From an uncultured Chromatiaceae bacterium (GTDB taxonomy: Bacteria; Pseudomonadota; Gammaproteobacteria; DRLM01): 64,000 nt of DNA. This document shows positions 30,107 through 39,755 of this stretch, piece by piece. The stretch's first letter is position 1, and the number at the start of each line of letters is the position of its first letter. The translations under genes were made by a program, and so were the position numbers. Below the pieces are notes generated by a model. That model saw only the letters and a list, made by a program, of their open reading frames with translations, made no database searches and was not told where the DNA came from. Location: the NCBI GenBank assembly GCA_945787555.1, contig CALZJG010000122.1:5674-69673 (forward strand). Direction: 5' to 3'.

Positions 30107-30878
30107 GCAGGTGGTCTGACAGGGCGTGGTTCAAAACCTGCAAGTTATTCACATGGATACTGGGCGTGACCAGGATATGGTCAATATTGCGATAGGGACG
30201 CCAGCTAGGATAGGTGTGGAGGGTCTGCTCCGGCTCGCACAAGTCGGTGCTTTTGAGCAGCGCATCCATCTCACGGCTTTGCGGCTGGCAATTGAAATCC
30301 CCCATCACCACCGCGTGCCGATAATCGGCGATCAGCTCACCCAGGAAATCGAATTGGCGCTGACGCGCGCGCCGCCCCAGCGCCAAGTGCACCAGCAACA
30401 ACACCAGCGGTTGTTCATGGTGTCCATAGCGGACCATCATAGCGCCACGCCCTGGAATCAAGCCCGGCAAGCGATGTTGCGAAATCATGGTAGGTCGCAC
30501 ACGACTCAGTAGACCATTGCTGTGTTGCGCGAGCTTGCCCAGATCACGATTGGTTTGGTGATACCAAAAAGGGAAATGGCCGCGTCGCGCCAAGTATTCC
30601 ACTTGATTGACATAGTAACTACGCAAACTGCCTGCATCGGCCTCTTGTACGGCGACGATGTCGTAGTGCGAGGCCAGCCGCCCGATACGATCGAGGTTAT
30701 CGAAGCTCGATGGATGCGGCAGCACATGCTTCCAACTTCGTGTGAAGTAGTGGTGCGGTCGCACCGACGCCACCCCCGCCTGGATATTGTAACTGAGCAA
30801 GCGCAGTCGGGTCTTGATGCTGCCACCCTCACTGGGATGATCATCGCCCGCCACAGTCGCCTGGGTTAATGCGCTCAT
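30054..30878 (-). CDS. endonuclease/exonuclease/phosphatase (EEP) family protein
   Basis: 274 aa; EEP signatures LLSYNIQ, VAVQEAD, VVMGDFN, SDHLPI; start overlaps the alsS stop (ATGA). Confidence 0.75.
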   Translation of the reverse strand: MSALTQATVAGDDHPSEGGSIKTRLRLLSYNIQAGVASVRPHHYFTRSWKHVLPHPSSFDNLDRIGRLASHYDIVAVQEADAGSLRSYYVNQVEYLARRGHFPFWYHQTNRDLGKLAQHSNGLLSRVRPTMISQHRLPGLIPGRGAMMVRYGHHEQPLVLLLVHLALGRRARQRQFDFLGELIADYRHAVVMGDFNCQPQSREMDALLKSTDLCEPEQTLHTYPSWRPYRNIDHILVTPSIHVNNLQVLNHALSDHLPIAVDVRVPKDVRLIAG

Positions 30879-32506
30879 AGTTGGAATATGGTTTCGCCGA
30901 GCTTGGCTGTCAATTTAAGATTTTCTGTGTAATCGACCGGGCAGTCGATAACATTAACCCGGTCGTTCGCCAAAGCCTCGCTAAGTATAGGCAACAATTG
31001 AGGCGCCTGCTCCACGCGATAGCCCTTGGCGCCGAACGATTCGGCGTATTGTACAAAATCGGGATTATTGAAGCGCACATGGCTGGCACGGCCGTAGGTC
31101 GCCATTTGCTTCCATTCGATCAGGCCGTAGCCGCCGTCGTTCCAAATCAACACCACCATAGGGACACCAAGGCGCACCGCCGTTTCCAACTCCTGGGAAT
31201 TCATCAAGAAACCGGCGTCGCCGGTCACCGCCACCACGCGCCGCGCCGGATAGGCCAACCGCGCGGCGATGGCGCCCGGCACGGCGATGCCCATGCTGGC
31301 GAAACCGTTGGAAATCAGACAGGTGTTGGGATGCTCGCAACGGAACATGCGCGCCATCCACATTTTGTGTGCGCCCACGTCGCACACCACGATGTCCTCC
31401 AATCCCATCGCCGTGCGTAAATCCCAGATGATTTTCTGCGGCTTGAGCGGCACGGCGCTGTCGTCCTTGTGCTGATCCATGTCCTGGATCAAGGCGTCGC
31501 GCAGCGGCCGCAGTGTATGGCCTTGCTGCGGCGTGGCCAGCGCGGCAATACGGGTCAAGCTATGACGAATGTGCCCCACGACGCTCACTGCCTCTGTGTA
31601 GTACGCATCCACTTCAGCGGGCGCCGAGTCGATGTGAATGATGGTACGGTCGCGGGTAGGGTGCCAACGCCGCGGATGGTACTCGACCAAATCGTAACCC
31701 ACGCAAATAATGATATCGGCTCGATCGAAGCCCACGTTGACATAATCATGCGACTGCAAACCCACACTACCCAGCGTCATGGGATGCTTGAAGGGCACCA
31801 CGCCCTTGGCCATGAAAGTGTTGGCCACCGGTATGTGCAAGCGATCGGCGAAGGCTGCCAGTTCGCGCCAGGCCTGGGCGCGGATCACACCGTTGCCGGC
31901 GAGGATGATGGGATGACGCGCCTGGGAAATCAGCCGCGCGGCCTCCTCGACCTGCTCCGTCGCCGGTTCCGGCATGGTCGGCTGCTGGGCAGGCAACGCC
32001 ACAGCATCGATCTCCATGTCGGCGATGTTTTCGGGAAATTCGACGAAACAGGCGCCAGTCTTTTCGGTTTGCGCCAATTTGAACGCCTTGCGCACCACCT
32101 CGGGCACGATATTGGGCGTGAGCAGGCGCGAGGTATATTTGGTGACCGGCGCGAAGATGTTCTGCAAATCGAGAACTTGATGCGACTCCTTGTGTAGTCG
32201 ATTGGTGTCGGCTTGACCGGCGATGGCCACGAGCGGCGCATGGTCCATGTTAGCATCGGCCACGCCGGTGAGCAGATTGGTGGCGCCGGGTCCCAAAGTC
32301 GCAAGACACACGCCGGCGCGACCGGTCAGCCGCCCGTACACATCGGCCATGAAAGCCGCGCCCTGCTCATGACGGGTGGTGACGAAACGGATATGTGAAT
32401 CCAGCAAGGCATCCATCACGGCGAGGTTTTCCTCGCCGGGGATGCCGAATACGTATTCGACGCCTTCATTCTCGAGGCATCTGACGAATAGCTCGGCGCT
32501 CTTCAT
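30875..32506 (-). CDS. alsS: catabolic-type acetolactate synthase (TPP enzyme)
   Basis: 543 aa; strong colinearity with Bacillus/Klebsiella AlsS (HEQGAAFMA, ITKY, GDRTIIHIDS, WMARMF, ISNG, ELETAVRLG, WNDGGYG, YAESFGA, DCPVDY). Confidence 0.8.
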   Translation of the reverse strand: MKSAELFVRCLENEGVEYVFGIPGEENLAVMDALLDSHIRFVTTRHEQGAAFMADVYGRLTGRAGVCLATLGPGATNLLTGVADANMDHAPLVAIAGQADTNRLHKESHQVLDLQNIFAPVTKYTSRLLTPNIVPEVVRKAFKLAQTEKTGACFVEFPENIADMEIDAVALPAQQPTMPEPATEQVEEAARLISQARHPIILAGNGVIRAQAWRELAAFADRLHIPVANTFMAKGVVPFKHPMTLGSVGLQSHDYVNVGFDRADIIICVGYDLVEYHPRRWHPTRDRTIIHIDSAPAEVDAYYTEAVSVVGHIRHSLTRIAALATPQQGHTLRPLRDALIQDMDQHKDDSAVPLKPQKIIWDLRTAMGLEDIVVCDVGAHKMWMARMFRCEHPNTCLISNGFASMGIAVPGAIAARLAYPARRVVAVTGDAGFLMNSQELETAVRLGVPMVVLIWNDGGYGLIEWKQMATYGRASHVRFNNPDFVQYAESFGAKGYRVEQAPQLLPILSEALANDRVNVIDCPVDYTENLKLTAKLGETIFQL

Positions 32507-32524
32507 CCCGAAGGCCCAGCGAGC

Positions 32525-33166
32525 TCAGGAGGATCCGGCTAGCCGCTCCTGTTCTATCAAAGCATCGATGATGCGTATCATCGTATTGAAGTTGCCGTTG
32601 GCGTTATCGGTGCTGAAGATATATTTGCCATTGACCACCACTGACGGCGTGGCGCGCGTTTCGTAGCGGCGGCTCATCTCACGGGCCCGGCGCAGCTTGG
32701 CGTCGACTGCGAAAGACTTGAAGGCCTTGCTGAAATCTTCTTTGCTCACGCCGTGCCCGGCAAAGAAATCGGCGAGACGTTCTTCGGTGTCGAGGCGACG
32801 CTTCTCGGAATGGATGGCGTTGAACAAGGGTTGATGAATTTCCTCTAATACTCCCAAGGCCTCGGCGGCGTAAAAGGCGCGAGCGTGGATGGCCCAGTGT
32901 TGAGCGAGCACGGCGGGCATACGGCGATATTCCACATCGGCCGGCAGCTTTTTGGCCCAGCGTTCCATATAGGGTTGGAAGCGATGACAATGTGGGCAGC
33001 CGTACCAGAACAACTCCACCACTTCGATCTTACCCTTAGTCTCGGTCGGTTGAGCGGGCACGATGCGCTGATAATTGGTCCCTTCGACGAAATCAGCCGC
33101 CTGCGCCATGACGGGCAAGCACAGGACTATTAATAAGCCACGCCAGAATGTGTTCATCCGTTTCAT
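32525..33166 (-). CDS. dsbA: thiol:disulfide interchange protein DsbA
   Basis: Signal peptide then thioredoxin-fold FWYGCPHCHRF (CPHC) active site; cis-Pro region ATPSVVVNGKY. Confidence 0.88.
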   Translation of the reverse strand: MKRMNTFWRGLLIVLCLPVMAQAADFVEGTNYQRIVPAQPTETKGKIEVVELFWYGCPHCHRFQPYMERWAKKLPADVEYRRMPAVLAQHWAIHARAFYAAEALGVLEEIHQPLFNAIHSEKRRLDTEERLADFFAGHGVSKEDFSKAFKSFAVDAKLRRAREMSRRYETRATPSVVVNGKYIFSTDNANGNFNTMIRIIDALIEQERLAGSS

Positions 33167-33391
33167 CGTTCGCTCTCTCATGTGTCTGATGATCCAAGTA
33201 ACCGGCTACTGTTGCCGAGCCACCCATGCAGCGCCGATAATAGCGCCCGTTAGGTTCCCCCGTAGGATCCGGCCGCGGCATGCGGATGGGAGCCTTAGCC
33301 TATGCAACTCACCACGGTAGTGCAACTCTAACAAGCACCTACAATTTTTGCCTACACCTATCCCACCGCTGCAGCGCTAGGAGTCACATAC

Positions 33392-33886
33392 ATGGCCCAG
33401 GATCAAGACAAACTCATACAATTTCTCAATCAAACCTATCTATGCGAATCACTGACGGTCAAGGAAGTCGAGACTCTGTTGGAGTACACCGAAGTGGTGG
33501 AGTTCAGCAAGGGGGATGTCATCGCCGAAATTGGCGAAGTCGGTGAAGCGCTGTTTTTCGTCATCACCGGCGAGGCGGCGTTATATCACGAAGACAGCGG
33601 CCGCGCGGTCGAGATCGGTCGCATGCGGGAAGGCCAATTGATGGGCGAAATGTCGTTTTTCGACCGCCAGCCCCGCTCGCTGCGTATGCGCTCCATGGCT
33701 ACGCCGACACAGCTGCTGCGCCTCTCGCGTCCCATGTACAAACGCCTGCGCGTGGAACAGCCCTACATCGCGGTGAACCTACTCGAGCATGCCATCATCA
33801 GCCTCGACCGCTTGGTGCGCAGCGTCAGTGAAGACGAAGCCGCGCTCTCGCGTTACATTTCCAGCTCCGGCAAGAAAGGGCCTTAA
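33392..33886 (+). CDS. stand-alone cyclic-nucleotide-binding (cNMP/CAP-effector) domain protein
   Basis: 164 aa; beta-roll with GEVGEALFF ... GEMSFFD ... R motifs typical of cNMP-binding domains; no DNA-binding or output domain. Confidence 0.65.
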   Translation: MAQDQDKLIQFLNQTYLCESLTVKEVETLLEYTEVVEFSKGDVIAEIGEVGEALFFVITGEAALYHEDSGRAVEIGRMREGQLMGEMSFFDRQPRSLRMRSMATPTQLLRLSRPMYKRLRVEQPYIAVNLLEHAIISLDRLVRSVSEDEAALSRYISSSGKKGP

Positions 33887-33896
33887 GCCCAACCTC

Positions 33897-34499
33897 ATGA
33901 CTGACCACTACCGCAGCACCCGCTTTCTGACCGGGGCGGTGGCGCCCGCCCATTTTCCACCGGATGAAGGCTGGGAGGTGGCAATTGTCGGCCGTTCCAA
34001 CTCCGGCAAATCCAGCGCCATCAACACCCTAACCGGCATCCGCGCGCTGGCCCGCGTCAGCAAGACGCCAGGCCGCACCCGCGAAATCAACTTCTTTGCC
34101 ATCGACCCGCAGCGCCGCCTGGTGGATTTGCCCGGCTACGGTTATGCAAAGGTGCCCCAGGCCATGAAGGCGCAGTGGCAGACCATGTTGAATCGCTATT
34201 TGAGCGGCCGTGACACCCTGCGCGGCCTGTTGATCGTGATGGACGTGCGTCATCCGCTCACTGACTTCGATCAGCAAATGCTCGCTTGGTGCCGCCACGC
34301 CGAACTGCCCGTGCACATCCTGCTCACCAAGGCCGACAAACTGAGTCGGGGCGCCGCGCACAACATCTTGCATCAAGTCCGCCGCGCCCTGGCGACGGAC
34401 CCCCTCTGCACGGTGCAACTCTTCTCGGCCCTAAAGCGCAGCGGAGTGGAGGAAGTCCAGGGCGTGTTGGATACCTGGCTGGAAATATTAAGTGACTGA
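33897..34499 (+). CDS. engB: ribosome-biogenesis GTPase EngB/YihA
   Basis: Start [10 protein letters not shown]; G1 [10 protein letters not shown]3 DLPGYG, G4 TKADK. The ORF-track start at 33789 is an upstream extension. Confidence 0.88.
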   Translation: MTDHYRSTRFLTGAVAPAHFPPDEGWEVAIVGRSNSGKSSAINTLTGIRALARVSKTPGRTREINFFAIDPQRRLVDLPGYGYAKVPQAMKAQWQTMLNRYLSGRDTLRGLLIVMDVRHPLTDFDQQMLAWCRHAELPVHILLTKADKLSRGAAHNILHQVRRALATDPLCTVQLFSALKRSGVEEVQGVLDTWLEILSD

Positions 34500-34527
34500 T
34501 AATTAAATTGTTTTTATTATAATGGGC

Positions 34528-34571
34528 AAAAAAAAAGCCCCGGTCAGGAAAGAGGGAGGAGGTACCGGGGC
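34528..34571 (-). terminator. Rho-independent terminator (sRNA 3-prime end, downstream of polA)
   Basis: 8-bp GC stem GCCCCGGT/ACCGGGGC followed by nine U on the minus strand. Confidence 0.7.
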
Positions 34572-34667
34572 TAGAATAAACCTGACTTGGGGAAGCCAGG
34601 TTTAGAGGGGTTCCCACTCAGGGAGGGAGAGTGGGAGAGCACGGGCCAGAAACCTAAGAAACCGCAC
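34528..34667 (-). ncRNA. candidate Spot42/ErsA-like small RNA
   Basis: Lies between polA and engB, the conserved spf/ErsA locus. AlgU/sigmaE-type promoter GAACTT-N16-TCTTAT (34702-34675, minus strand). Internal hairpin CCCACUC-UCCCUCCCU-GAGUGGG. Terminator GCCCCGGU-(19 nt CU-rich loop)-ACCGGGGC plus U9. Predicted length ~140 nt; 5-prime end approximate. Confidence 0.5.
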
Positions 34668-34674
34668 TCACCCG

Positions 34675-34702
34675 ATAAGAGTGCCGCGCGATGCAGAAGT
34701 TC
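34675..34702 (-). promoter_or_regulatory. sigmaE/AlgU-type promoter candidate for the sRNA
   Basis: Minus strand GAACTT (34702-34697), 16-nt spacer, TCTTAT (34680-34675); upstream A-tract. Confidence 0.45.
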
Positions 34703-34761
34703 ACGACCCGTCCCAACTTTTTTTGGCGACGAAGAAAAGTTAGCACCCTCAGAGCGTTACG

Positions 34762-37482
34762 TCAGTGCGCCTGATCCCAATTGGCGCCGACCCCCACATC
34801 GACCACCAATGGCACGGCTAGCGAGGCCACCTCCGACATACACCGCTCTATCACAGGCACGGCCGCCTCCACTTCCTCGGCTGCCACTTCGAACACCAGT
34901 TCGTCGTGGACCTGCATGATCATTTTAGCACCGGTCCCGCTGTCCTGAAGCCATTCATCGACACGCAGCATGGCCAATTTCATGATGTCAGCCGCCGTGC
35001 CCTGCATCGGTGCATTGATGGCAGCCCGTTCCGCGTACTGGCGACGTTGCGCCTGGCGCGAGCGAATCTCCGGCAAATACAAGCGCCTACCGAACAGGGT
35101 GGCGACATAACCTTGCTCCCGCGCCTGCTCGCGCATGCGGTCCATGAAGGTCTTGGCGCCGGGATAGCGGGCGAAGTACAAATCCATGTATTCCTGCGCC
35201 GCACCGCGCTCCAGCCCCAGTTGGCGCGCCAGGCCGAAGGCGGACATGCCGTAAATCAGCCCGAAATTAATGGCCTTGGCATGACGGCGTTGTTCCGCCG
35301 TCACGTGCTCGGGCGGCACGGCGAAAATCTCCGCCGCGGTGGCGCGATGTATGTCGGCGCCGCTGGCAAAGGCCTGCAGCAAGCGCTCGTCACCCGATAA
35401 ATGCGCCATGATGCGCAGCTCGATCTGCGAATAATCCGCCGCCACGATACGGCACCCCGGTGGAGCGACGAAGGCCTGGCGGATGCGACGCCCCTGCGGA
35501 CTGCGGATGGGAATATTCTGCAGATTGGGCTCGCTGGAAGAAAGGCGCCCGGTGGCCGCCACCGCCTGATGATAGGAGGTATGCACCCGTCCGCTACGCG
35601 GATTGACCTGCTCCGGCAAGCGGTCGGTATAGGTGGACTTGAGCTTGGCCAAGGCGCGGTAGTCGAGTATCAACTGCGGCAAAGCATGCTCAGCGGCCAA
35701 CTCCTGCAAAGCGCTTTCACTGGTCGAGGGTTGGCCTTTCGGGGTTTTTTGCGTGACCGGCAAGTTGAGCTGGGTATAGAGAATTTCTTGTATTTGCTTG
35801 GGCGAGCTGAGATTGAACGGCCCGTGCGCGGCGGCGTGCGCGCGCGCCTCCAAAGTCGCCATTTCCGCCGTCAGCTCTTGGCTCTGCTGGCGCAGCATCT
35901 CCACGTCCACCAACACGCCGCGGCGCTCGATGCGTGACAGCACCGGCACCAAGGGCATTTCGATCTCTTCGAACAAACGCGTTAAATCGGCCTCGGCATT
36001 GAGCTGCGGCCACAAGACCTGATGCAAGCGCAGGGTCACGTCGGCGTCTTCCGCCGCGTAGGGCGCCGCCTGTGCTAGCGGCACTTGATTGAAGGTGAGC
36101 TGCTTGGCGCCCTTGCCAGCGACATCTTCATAGGTGATGGTGGGGTGACCAAGGTACTTCAGCGCCAGGCTGTCCATGTCATGACGGCTGGCGGTGCTGT
36201 TGAGCACATAGGACTCGAGCATGGTGTCGAAACGAAGACCGCGCAGCGTGATGTCGTAATTGGCCAGCACGTTCATGTCGTATTTGAGGTGGTGACCGAC
36301 CTTGGGCTTAGCCTCGTCTTCGAGCAGCGGACGCAGTGCGGCCAACACCGCCTCACGTGACAACTGGGCGGGCGCGTCGAGATAGTCGTGCGCCACGGGA
36401 ACATACGCCCCCTGACCGGGCGCCACGGCAAAGGACACGCCGACGATTTCCGCCTGCATGTAATCGAGGCTGGTGGTCTCGGTGTCGAAGGCGACCAGCT
36501 CCGCCTCACGCAATCGCGCCAGCCAGGTATCGAAAGCTTCCTGCGTCAGCACGGTCTCGTAACCGGCGCGATCCACAACGGGCGGCTCAGGTAAGGCTTG
36601 ATTGACCGTCTCGGCCTCCCCTGACTCCGACAGCTGCCTCAGCCAGGTCTTGAATTCCAGGCGCTGATAAAGCGCCTTGAGGTGTGCCACATCGGGTGCG
36701 CGGCGCTGCAAGTCGGTGGGACCCACATCCAAAGGGACCGCGCAATGGATGGTGGCGAGACGGCGCGCCAAGGGCAGTTGCTCCAGGTGGGCGCGTAGAT
36801 TCTCACCCACCTTACCGGTGATGGCTTCTGCATGGGCGATGATCTCATCGAGGGTGCCGTAGGCCTGCAGCCATTTCACCGCCGTCTTGGGCCCTACCTT
36901 GGGGATGCCGGGAATGTTGTCGGAACTGTCTCCCACTAAGGCCAGATAGTCGACGATGCGTTCGGGCGGGATGCCGAATTTGTCCACCACGCCCTGGCGA
37001 TCCAACAGCGTCCCGGACATAGTGTTTATGAGTGTCACGCGCTCATCGACCAGTTGCGCCATGTCCTTGTCGCCGGTGGAGATCAACACCGGCATGCCCA
37101 ACGCGGCGGCCTGCCGTGCCAAGGTGCCGATGACATCGTCGGCCTCCACGCCGTCCACGATGAGATGGGGCAGACCGCTGGCGGCCACCGCCTCGTGCAG
37201 CGGCTCGATCTGACTCTGTAGGTCATCGGGCATGGGCGGGCGCTGGGCTTTGTACTGCTCGAACAACTCATCGCGGAACGTCTTGCCCTTGGCGTCGAAC
37301 ACCACCGCCAGGTAATCGGGATCGGTGTCGGCCAGCAACTTGCGCAGCATGTTGAGCACGCCGTACACCGCGCCGGTCGGCTCTCCGCGGGTATTGGTCA
37401 GCGGCGGCAAGGCATAGAAAGCCCGGTAAAGATAGGAAGATCCATCTACCAGCACTAAGGGTTTAGAATAGCTATCGGCCAT
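34762..37482 (-). CDS. polA: DNA polymerase I
   Basis: 5-prime nuclease N-terminus LVLVDGSSYLYRAFYALPPLTNTRGEPTGAVYGVLNM, 3-5 exonuclease and polymerase motifs (RRxAKAINFGLIYG, HDELVFE). Start probably at MADSYSKP (37482) or five codons upstream (37497). Confidence 0.93.
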   Translation of the reverse strand: MADSYSKPLVLVDGSSYLYRAFYALPPLTNTRGEPTGAVYGVLNMLRKLLADTDPDYLAVVFDAKGKTFRDELFEQYKAQRPPMPDDLQSQIEPLHEAVAASGLPHLIVDGVEADDVIGTLARQAAALGMPVLISTGDKDMAQLVDERVTLINTMSGTLLDRQGVVDKFGIPPERIVDYLALVGDSSDNIPGIPKVGPKTAVKWLQAYGTLDEIIAHAEAITGKVGENLRAHLEQLPLARRLATIHCAVPLDVGPTDLQRRAPDVAHLKALYQRLEFKTWLRQLSESGEAETVNQALPEPPVVDRAGYETVLTQEAFDTWLARLREAELVAFDTETTSLDYMQAEIVGVSFAVAPGQGAYVPVAHDYLDAPAQLSREAVLAALRPLLEDEAKPKVGHHLKYDMNVLANYDITLRGLRFDTMLESYVLNSTASRHDMDSLALKYLGHPTITYEDVAGKGAKQLTFNQVPLAQAAPYAAEDADVTLRLHQVLWPQLNAEADLTRLFEEIEMPLVPVLSRIERRGVLVDVEMLRQQSQELTAEMATLEARAHAAAHGPFNLSSPKQIQEILYTQLNLPVTQKTPKGQPSTSESALQELAAEHALPQLILDYRALAKLKSTYTDRLPEQVNPRSGRVHTSYHQAVAATGRLSSSEPNLQNIPIRSPQGRRIRQAFVAPPGCRIVAADYSQIELRIMAHLSGDERLLQAFASGADIHRATAAEIFAVPPEHVTAEQRRHAKAINFGLIYGMSAFGLARQLGLERGAAQEYMDLYFARYPGAKTFMDRMREQAREQGYVATLFGRRLYLPEIRSRQAQRRQYAERAAINAPMQGTAADIMKLAMLRVDEWLQDSGTGAKMIMQVHDELVFEVAAEEVEAAVPVIERCMSEVASLAVPLVVDVGVGANWDQAH

Positions 37483-37579
37483 CGCAGGGCAGCGCATCCA
37501 GGCGTAACGAGCCCCGGATTGTACTAAAAATCACCACTCCCCATGCCGCTATGATTACTACACGGAGCACTCAAAGGTT

Positions 37580-38311
37580 ATGACTATGGACGACAAAGTA
37601 CGCGCCACCCATCCCAGCATGATGCCGATCGACGATTCCATGTTGAGCCGCGAATCGTGGAAGATATTTCAGATCATGGCCGAGTTCGTCGAGGGCTTCG
37701 AGCGCCTGGCGCACATCAAACCCTCGGTGAGCATCTTCGGTTCAGCCCGTACCCCGGTCGATCACCCCTACTACAAACTCACCGAGGAAATCGCCCTGGC
37801 CCTGTCCGATGCCGGCTTCAGCGTGGTCAGCGGCGGCGGCCCCGGCCTCATGGAAGCCGCCAACAAGGGAGCCTATGCGGGCAAATCTCCCAGCATCGGC
37901 TTGAACATCTCCCTGCCGCAAGAACAATCGGCCAATGCTTACCAGGACATCTCCCTGCACTTCCGCCATTTCTTCTCGCGCAAAGTGATGTTTGTCAAAT
38001 ACGCCTCAGCTTATGTGGTCTGTCCGGGCGGCTTCGGCACCTTGGACGAACTGGCGGAAATACTTACCCTGGTGCAAACCAATAAGACCCGCCGCATCCC
38101 CATCATTCTCGTGCACCGTCCGTTCTGGGAGGGCCTGCTGAGCTGGTTCAAGCACACGTTGGCCGCAGAAGGCACCATCGACCCTGGCGATCTCGATTTG
38201 ATTCAAGTGCTGGACAACCCAAAAGAGGTCGTTGATGCTATCTTTAACCATTATGAGGAACGAGGATTCGAGCCTTCAGCCGAGGAACGGGAAGTCCTGC
38301 TCGACCTCTAG
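37580..38311 (+). CDS. LOG-family protein (TIGR00730; cytokinin-riboside 5-prime-monophosphate phosphoribohydrolase-like)
   Basis: GGGPGLMEA and PGGFGTLDE motifs of the LOG/Rossmann family. Confidence 0.75.
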   Translation: MTMDDKVRATHPSMMPIDDSMLSRESWKIFQIMAEFVEGFERLAHIKPSVSIFGSARTPVDHPYYKLTEEIALALSDAGFSVVSGGGPGLMEAANKGAYAGKSPSIGLNISLPQEQSANAYQDISLHFRHFFSRKVMFVKYASAYVVCPGGFGTLDELAEILTLVQTNKTRRIPIILVHRPFWEGLLSWFKHTLAAEGTIDPGDLDLIQVLDNPKEVVDAIFNHYEERGFEPSAEEREVLLDL

Positions 38312-38337
38312 GGTCACCCAGCAACACGGAATACATC

Positions 38338-38634
38338 ATGTCGCGATATTTGCCACTATTGGCGCTGCTGGCCTCGCCCCTCGCCTGGAGCGCGGACAGC
38401 ACGGCGGGCGGCGAACCGCTCAGCGAGCCCGAAGTCACCATTATCCAGCGCGACGCAGACTCGATAGAGGAATTCCGCGTCAACAACCAGTTGTTCATGA
38501 TCAAGGTCACGCCGCGCAAGGGCTACCCTTACTATCTGATCGATAGCGACGGCGACGGCCAACTGGACACGCGACGCAACGACTTGGACCCCGAGGTCAC
38601 GGTCCCGCAATGGGTGCTGTTCCGCTGGAGGTGA
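38338..38634 (+). CDS. small periplasmic protein, DUF2782-like
   Basis: 98 aa; signal peptide LALLASPLAWSADS, then a conserved IIQRDADSIEEFRVNNQLFMIKVTPRKGYPYYLIDSDGDG core. Sits next to polA as the homologous PA5494-type gene does. Family assignment is from memory. Confidence 0.5.
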   Translation: MSRYLPLLALLASPLAWSADSTAGGEPLSEPEVTIIQRDADSIEEFRVNNQLFMIKVTPRKGYPYYLIDSDGDGQLDTRRNDLDPEVTVPQWVLFRWR

Positions 38635-38934
38635 GGACGCGGTACCGAGTGAGTTAAGCGCAAACATTGGCCGGAGAACTCACCAACACACGCTAAACCC
38701 ATAACCCTAAATAGCTTTTGCAGCTACCCACAAATCCTGTGGATAACTCTGTGGAAACATTGCGACCAAATGTCACAAATGCTCGCCAGCATTGGAGATG
38801 CGCTAACCTGACGGCATTTTGATCATTTGGTCATTCCTATAAAAAACAATGCCTTATGAAAACATCAAGCAAACATGCTGAAACGCACGCCGCAACGGAG
38901 CCAGATGTTTGAACAACTACGCTTTTGTGCATAA

Positions 38935-39675
38935 ATGTCCTTGACAACGCCCACGACGACTCCCCTGCACACTCGCTACGCCGCGCTAGACGTGAGCCGC
39001 GGCATCGCCATCGCGCTCATGGTGATTTATCACTTCAGCTTCGATCTCAATTACTTTCAGCTGGTGAACATCGACTTCTCTCACGACCCTTTCTGGTTGG
39101 GCTCGCGCACGCTCATCCTCAGCCTGTTCCTGGCGCTGATGGGCACGAGCCTGTACCTGGCGGCGGCGCGGCGCTTATCGCTACGGCGCTATCTGCGGCG
39201 TCTCGCCTTACTGGTGCTGTGCGCCGTCCTGGTCAGCGCCGGCAGTTATGCGATATTCCCCGAACGCATGATTTTCTTCGGCGTGCTGCACTTCATCGCC
39301 GTGGCCAGCGTCTTAGGATTGGCCTTCGTGCGCGCCGGCTGGCTCAACGCCGGGCTGGGCGTCGCGCTCATCGGCCTGGGTATCACGGTGCAACATCCCT
39401 GGTTCGACCGGTCCGCCCTGCAATGGCTAGGGCTGATGACCCACAAGCCCGCCACCGAGGATTATGTGCCGCTGCTGCCGTGGTTCGGTGTGGTGCTGCT
39501 CGGCATGTTCTTGGGGAGTCGCCTGTCCGACCGGACTGTACCCCTGCGCCTCATGCGCTGGCAAGCGCACGCACCACTGGCACGCGCCCTCGCCTTCAGC
39601 GGTCGCCATAGCCTGCTCATTTATATGCTGCATCAGCCGATGTTGTTGGCAGGACTGTGGCTGGCGACGGCATGA
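38935..39675 (+). CDS. DUF1624 / heparan-alpha-glucosaminide N-acetyltransferase-like membrane protein
   Basis: 246 aa; 7-8 TM helices; N-terminal RYAALDVSRGIAIALMVIYHFSFDL resembles the DUF1624 acyltransferase-3-like family. Confidence 0.55.
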   Translation: MSLTTPTTTPLHTRYAALDVSRGIAIALMVIYHFSFDLNYFQLVNIDFSHDPFWLGSRTLILSLFLALMGTSLYLAAARRLSLRRYLRRLALLVLCAVLVSAGSYAIFPERMIFFGVLHFIAVASVLGLAFVRAGWLNAGLGVALIGLGITVQHPWFDRSALQWLGLMTHKPATEDYVPLLPWFGVVLLGMFLGSRLSDRTVPLRLMRWQAHAPLARALAFSGRHSLLIYMLHQPMLLAGLWLATA

Positions 39676-39755
39676 ACATGCACGCCTGGCGTTTGTGGGC
39701 CACGGTGGGAAACGCGTATGATCGAAATGTGGATTAGCAATGCAGTGGAAGCGGC

